From Bacteroidales bacterium (GTDB lineage: Bacteria > Bacteroidota > Bacteroidia > Bacteroidales > 4484-276): a stretch of 57,255 bases of DNA. A program made the position numbers and the translations under genes. Positions 53,234-57,255 of this stretch are shown in pieces (position 1 is the first letter of the stretch; each line of letters begins with the position of its first letter). The notes beneath the pieces were generated by a model. It worked only from the letters and a program-made list of their open reading frames with translations, was not told the DNA's origin and did not search any database. The stretch spans positions 1 to 57,255 of the forward strand of contig JAAYIU010000162.1 in NCBI GenBank assembly GCA_012523265.1, read 5' to 3'.

Positions 53234-54592
53234 TTAGTTCCCGGTCGTTAATTCGGCCACCGCCACGCGTTCGCCTTCTACCGAGAAGTCGGTGGCGCTG
53301 GTGATGACAATGTCGGTGAAGGTGCCGATAAGTTTTTCATCCAGAGCGGCAAAGCGGCAAACGATCTTTCCTTCGGTCAAAGCCGAAAGAAATCCCGGTT
53401 TACGGTCGTGGCCGGTCACCAGCACGCGGTAGCTTTTCCCGACCATATCTGTGTTGTGTACCAGGGCATGCTTACGCAAATCGTTGCTCAGCTCGTGGTA
53501 GCGGCGGCGTTTGATGTCGGGCGCGATGTCGTCGGCCCAACGGGAGCTGGCCGCACCCGGCCGCGGTGAATACTGGGCAATATACGCCATGTTGTATTTA
53601 AATTCCTCCATCATCAGGCGGGTGTTGGTGTGCTGCTCTTCGGTTTCGCCCGAAAAGCCGGTGATGATGTCGGTGAAAATGGTGGCTTCGGGAATTATGC
53701 GGCGAACGGCATGAATGATCTGGCGGTATTTATCCACAGTATGCTTGCGGTTCATGTGGATGAGCACCATGTCGTCGCCACTCTGCACGGGCAGATGAAA
53801 CTGCCGTGCCAGGCAACGGTAGCGCGCCACCATCTCCACCACTTCGTCGGTCATGTCGCGCGGATGTGGCGAAGTAAAGTACACCCAGAATTCCCTTTCA
53901 GAATCCTCTCCCATTTTTCCTATCGCTTCAAGCAATTGCGGAAACGAAAGCTCTTCACCTTTTTTATCCAAACCATAGGAATTTACATTTTGCCCCAGCA
54001 AAGTAATGGATTTGTACCCCTGCTCCACCAGTTGCTGCACCTCTTGGATAATCTCTGCGGATGGACGCGACACTTCCCGTCCGCGGGTGTAGGGTACGGC
54101 GCAAAAGGTGCAAAACTTATCGCAGCCGTTTTGTATGGGAACAAAAGCCTCGAAGTCGGAGCTATAATGCGGCGTAATGCGCCAGAAGTCGTCGATGCTG
54201 TCGTTGGAAGGCATCCGTTTCAGGTCGCCAAATAGTGAGGCGGGCGTCACCACGCCATAGTGGCGGATCATCTCGGGCAGCTTTTCCAGTTCACTCATCC
54301 TAAAAACGATGTCGAAAAGTTTCAGAAACTTCTCCATGTCGGCGGGCAGGATGCATCCGGAGATAAAAGTGATCAGGTTGCGGCGGCTCTTCCATTTGTT
54401 CCAGCGGGTGATGCGCGAATAAACTTTGTCGATAGCTTTCTGGCGCACCGAGCAGGCCAATATTCCCACCAGATTTGCTTCTTCTTCGTGGTCGGTCCAC
54501 TGGTAGCCGGTTTGCGTTTCGATGATGGTGCGCACCCGCTCACTGTCCGACATATTCATTTGGCATCCGAGGGTGATCAGATGATATTTCAT
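53234..54592 (-). CDS. miaB: tRNA (i6A37) methylthiotransferase MiaB (radical SAM MTTase)
   Basis: MKYHLITLGCQMNMSDSE, CDKFCTFCAVPYTRG (CxxxCxxC), and a C-terminal TRAM domain (GKSYRVLVTG..FTDIVITSA). Confidence 0.8.
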   Translation of the reverse strand: MKYHLITLGCQMNMSDSERVRTIIETQTGYQWTDHEEEANLVGILACSVRQKAIDKVYSRITRWNKWKSRRNLITFISGCILPADMEKFLKLFDIVFRMSELEKLPEMIRHYGVVTPASLFGDLKRMPSNDSIDDFWRITPHYSSDFEAFVPIQNGCDKFCTFCAVPYTRGREVSRPSAEIIQEVQQLVEQGYKSITLLGQNVNSYGLDKKGEELSFPQLLEAIGKMGEDSEREFWVYFTSPHPRDMTDEVVEMVARYRCLARQFHLPVQSGDDMVLIHMNRKHTVDKYRQIIHAVRRIIPEATIFTDIITGFSGETEEQHTNTRLMMEEFKYNMAYIAQYSPRPGAASSRWADDIAPDIKRRRYHELSNDLRKHALVHNTDMVGKSYRVLVTGHDRKPGFLSALTEGKIVCRFAALDEKLIGTFTDIVITSATDFSVEGERVAVAELTTGN

Positions 54593-54641
54593 TTTATTAA
54601 AATCTAAATTTTTAAAAAAGAAATCCTAAGCGTACAGGCCA

Positions 54642-55319
54642 TCAGAAATAAACCTCGGCGTGCATGTTTTCGGTAGCCACGCCCTTTTGTGCAAGGATCT
54701 CAAAAGCTTCATGGATCATCTTTACGTTGCCACAAAGGTAATATTGTGTGGCGGTGTCGATGGTGGTCTGGCGCAGATAATCCGTTACACGCCCGTTGAA
54801 GTCGCCGTTGGTATCGGCAGTTGTACAAAGAATGTAGCGGTCGCGATGGTATTGGTCGCGTTCGTAGGCTTCATTACTATATCTAACCCCGTGCAGCAGC
54901 GTGTAGTCGAGCTGCGGATAGCTGCGCACATAGCTGCGGAAGGGCGCTATGCCCGTGCCGCTGGCGATAAACATGTAGCGGGCGGTATTTATTTCGTTGG
55001 GTCTTAACGTAAAAAATCCCAAGGGGCCATCCATCTGCAGTTGCGTGCCGGGCTTGAGTTTTTTCAGGCGGCGGCTTACGTCGCCTTCGAGCACCTCTTT
55101 GATAAGCACCTCGAAATATTCGTCGTTTTCGCCACTATACACGGAATATTCGCGGGCGTTGTTTTCGTCTTTTATACCAAGAATTACATGTTGTCCGGCC
55201 AGGAATTCCCGCTGGTGCCGGTCGAAGCGAAGCACGTAAGCGGTGGGAGTAAGATTCCGGGTTTCCTGAACGGTGATGGCTTGGGTTGCTAAAGGTATTT
55301 TGGTTGTCGGTTGTGTCAT
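54642..55319 (-). CDS. Ferredoxin/flavodoxin-NAD(P)+ reductase-family FAD-binding oxidoreductase
   Basis: AREYSVYS (RxYS FAD motif), IASGTGIAPF (NAD(P)-binding GTGIAP), YLCGNVKM. Confidence 0.75.
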   Translation of the reverse strand: MTQPTTKIPLATQAITVQETRNLTPTAYVLRFDRHQREFLAGQHVILGIKDENNAREYSVYSGENDEYFEVLIKEVLEGDVSRRLKKLKPGTQLQMDGPLGFFTLRPNEINTARYMFIASGTGIAPFRSYVRSYPQLDYTLLHGVRYSNEAYERDQYHRDRYILCTTADTNGDFNGRVTDYLRQTTIDTATQYYLCGNVKMIHEAFEILAQKGVATENMHAEVYF

Positions 55320-55577
55320 GTCAATAGTAAATTCTCAAAATTAATCCTCCCGTAAAAGGGAGCTTTTTAATAAAAACCATTAACAGGCACCTGGTGGGGT
55401 TGTTCATCTTATTATAACGTCATCCATTAAAGGAAACAACTGAATCCGATGGATTGGGTTTGTCAGGATAATTAACCAATTTTACCTCAACATTTAAAAG
55501 CTGAACGCTGAATAAGGCGTCGATGAATGGCAACCACCCTACATCTTGCGACTTCCGGCTGTCGGTGATTTTTGAAT

Positions 55578-55585
55578 TATCTTTG
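55578..55585 (+). promoter_or_regulatory. Candidate -7 promoter box (TATCTTTG)
   Basis: TAnnTTTG match 35 nt upstream of the 55620 start. Confidence 0.3.
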
Positions 55586-55619
55586 CGGAAGTTTTTAATA
55601 GCAACAAAAAGAGCAGGAG

Positions 55620-56324
55620 ATGAACATTGTAATAACAGGAGCCAGCAAAGGGATTGGCAACGCATTGGTAAGACGGCTTTCCGCCGATAGTGCGCATCAT
55701 ATTGTAGCCATCGCGCGCGATGCCGAAAAGCTGGACGCACTTGCGGAGGAGTGTCGCCGGCAAAACAACGACGCGCATGTGTACCCCATTGCTTTCGACC
55801 TGCTCACGCCCGGATATTCCTTCAGCCTTATTCCCGGGATCGTTGAGGCTTTCGATAGCATCGACGTGCTGGTAAATAATGCCGGTCTGTTGATCAAGAA
55901 AGATTTTGCCACCTTTTCGGATGAAGATTTTGATGCCCTGATGAACGTCAACGTGAAAAGTGTTTTTAAACTTACACGAGCGCTGCTGCCCTACTTTGCG
56001 CGACCGGCACACATCGTCAACATTGGCAGCATGGGCGGCATACAAGGCACGTCCAAATTTCCGGGCATGTCGTTGTACAGCGCTGCCAAAGGCGCCGTGG
56101 CAGTGCTCACCGAAGCCCTGGCCGAGGAGTTGTCCGACAGAAAAATTTCGGTGAACTGTCTGGCTTATGGCGCCGTGCAGACGGAGATGCTGGCGCAGGC
56201 TTTCCCGGGATACACCGCGCCATTAAGTTCTGAAAATATAGCTGAGTTTGTTGCTTGGTTTGTAATTCACGGCCACAATTATTTTAATGGGAAAATACTT
56301 CCTGTTTCTTCATCAACACCTTAA
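55620..56324 (+). CDS. Short-chain dehydrogenase/reductase (SDR) family oxidoreductase
   Basis: MNIVITGASKGIGNAL (TGxxxGxG), NNAG, YSAAKGA (YxxxK). Confidence 0.85.
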   Translation: MNIVITGASKGIGNALVRRLSADSAHHIVAIARDAEKLDALAEECRRQNNDAHVYPIAFDLLTPGYSFSLIPGIVEAFDSIDVLVNNAGLLIKKDFATFSDEDFDALMNVNVKSVFKLTRALLPYFARPAHIVNIGSMGGIQGTSKFPGMSLYSAAKGAVAVLTEALAEELSDRKISVNCLAYGAVQTEMLAQAFPGYTAPLSSENIAEFVAWFVIHGHNYFNGKILPVSSSTP

Positions 56325-56344
56325 AAAAATACTTTTCTAAAAAA

Positions 56345-56767
56345 ATGGATCACCAGGATCTGATCACACACAGCGGCATCGTCACGCGGCGCGAAACCGG
56401 CACCATCTACGTAAGTATCGTGGCCGAATCGGCATGCGCGGCTTGTCATGCCAAAGGAGTTTGTGGTATGTCTGAGATGCAGGAAAAGGTTGTGGAGATC
56501 AACGACGCCGAACATACGAAACTTGCCGTGGGCACTCCGGTGACGGTGGCCATGAAACGTACCACCGGACTTAAAGCCGTTTTGTTCGGATATTTCCTGC
56601 CTTTTGTGCTGTTGCTGACAACACTTTTCGTTGCAATGGGTTATTACGGCAACGAAGGCAAGGCAGGCCTGTTGGCATTGGCCATTCTGCTGCCCTACTA
56701 TCTTGTGCTCTACATGCTGCGCGACAAGATGAAAAAAAGATTTGAATTTACTATACTCGACACATAA
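56345..56767 (+). CDS. RseC/MucC-family (SoxR-reducing system) membrane protein
   Basis: GIVTRRETGTIYVSIVAESACAACHAKGVCG followed by two TM helices. The 140-aa size fits the family. Confidence 0.7.
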   Translation: MDHQDLITHSGIVTRRETGTIYVSIVAESACAACHAKGVCGMSEMQEKVVEINDAEHTKLAVGTPVTVAMKRTTGLKAVLFGYFLPFVLLLTTLFVAMGYYGNEGKAGLLALAILLPYYLVLYMLRDKMKKRFEFTILDT

Positions 56768-56798
56768 TCAACTACATTTTACTAAATATTGAAATCCG

Positions 56799-57255
56799 AT
56801 GAAACAACTACTAATCTATCTTGTACTGCATGCATTTCTACCTTTACTTGCACCGGCACAGCAGCCACTCTCGCCACGCACAGTGCGCAAAGCTGCCTTT
56901 GCCGACAAAACGCCGCAGCAACTGCGCGATATGACGGTGATACTGCCCGGCGAACGCAAACGCGCCTGGAAAGATGGCATCATCAAAAATGAATCGGTGG
57001 AGATGACACCGAAAAATGAGGCGAACTACGAGCCGGGAACCTATGAAAACCTGCAACAAACCAAAGGTGAAATAAAATCGCGCGGGCCGATGGTAAACAT
57101 CGACGGCGTGGGCAACGTGAACGGCGTTTATCCGCCCGACACCGACGGCGACGTTGGGCCGAATCATTATTTTCAGATGATAAATCTCTCCTTTGCCATT
57201 TACAATAAAAACGGAACCAAGCTATACGGCCCCGCCGACAACAGCACGCTGTGGC
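56799..57255 (+). CDS. Secreted protein, N-terminal fragment (continues past the right window edge)
   Basis: My translation from ATG 56799 reads MKQLLIYLVLHAFLPLLAPAQQ (signal peptide)..VNIDGVGNVNGVYPPDTDGDVGPNHYFQMINLSFAIYNKNGTKLYGPADNSTLW. The frame stays open to the end of the window. It is absent from the ORF track because it has no stop. Confidence 0.7.
   Translation, partial: MKQLLIYLVLHAFLPLLAPAQQPLSPRTVRKAAFADKTPQQLRDMTVILPGERKRAWKDGIIKNESVEMTPKNEANYEPGTYENLQQTKGEIKSRGPMVNIDGVGNVNGVYPPDTDGDVGPNHYFQMINLSFAIYNKNGTKLYGPADNSTLW

Noticed and set aside
55347-55372. Hairpin CCTCCCGTAAAAGGGAGCTTTTT as a + strand terminator
   Set aside because: It lies between divergently transcribed genes, so there is no upstream + strand gene to terminate. 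It may be incidental or part of a 5' UTR.
1-57255. tRNA, rRNA, transposase, integrase, phage or cas genes
   Set aside because: I scanned for TPsiC-type GGTTCGA(A/T)TCC arms and rRNA-like blocks, and checked the ORF translations for DDE/tyrosine-recombinase/Cas motifs. I found none. The GGTTCGA strings present belong to the CGAATATCGAA repeats or to the ORF-free unit, and they lack cloverleaf context.

Overview
This is a 57.3-kb chromosomal segment that looks like a Bacteroidota genome. The signs are T9SS C-terminal sorting domains, a TonB-dependent receptor paired with a DUF4249 lipoprotein, many lipoprotein signal peptides, and TAnnTTTG -7 boxes 15-85 nt upstream of many start codons. I could not run BLAST, HMM or Rfam searches, so every product call rests on motifs read from the supplied translations or from my own translation.

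I support about 45 CDSs, most of them housekeeping:
- a UvrD-like helicase (partial)
- a TPR-adenylate cyclase
- dgkA, miaA, a CCA-adding enzyme and pfkA
- a split animal-type lysine-ketoglutarate reductase plus saccharopine dehydrogenase pair
- an arginine deiminase-like enzyme
- a fused LeuC/LeuD-type aconitase-family protein
- a P3A-type H+-ATPase
- an AcrAB-TolC-type RND efflux operon
- mtaB, miaB, a ferredoxin-NADP reductase-like protein, an SDR and RseC

The more accessory content is:
- an AbiEii-type toxin-antitoxin pair
- a low-GC islet carrying a YD-like-repeat lipoprotein
- two tandem paralogous secreted proteins, one with a T9SS tail
- a nikR-headed metal-uptake locus made of a FecBCD-type ABC transporter, a TrmO/TsaA-FmdE-zinc-ribbon fusion and a His-rich UreH/HupE-like permease

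The most interesting unexplained signals are:
1. A promoter-to-terminator unit of about 560 nt with no credible ORF, just upstream of nikR. It is a candidate large structured ncRNA or leader.
2. The unusual composition of the nikR locus.
3. A 240-bp array with exact 10-bp phasing (GTAATTG-type decamers) between pfkA and the cca-like gene.
4. A high density of at least six short interspersed repeat families. One is a two-hairpin REP-like element that always sits in one orientation just after stop codons. Another is a 210-220 bp MITE-like element with terminal inverted repeats.

I found no rRNA, tRNA, CRISPR array, transposase or integrase.
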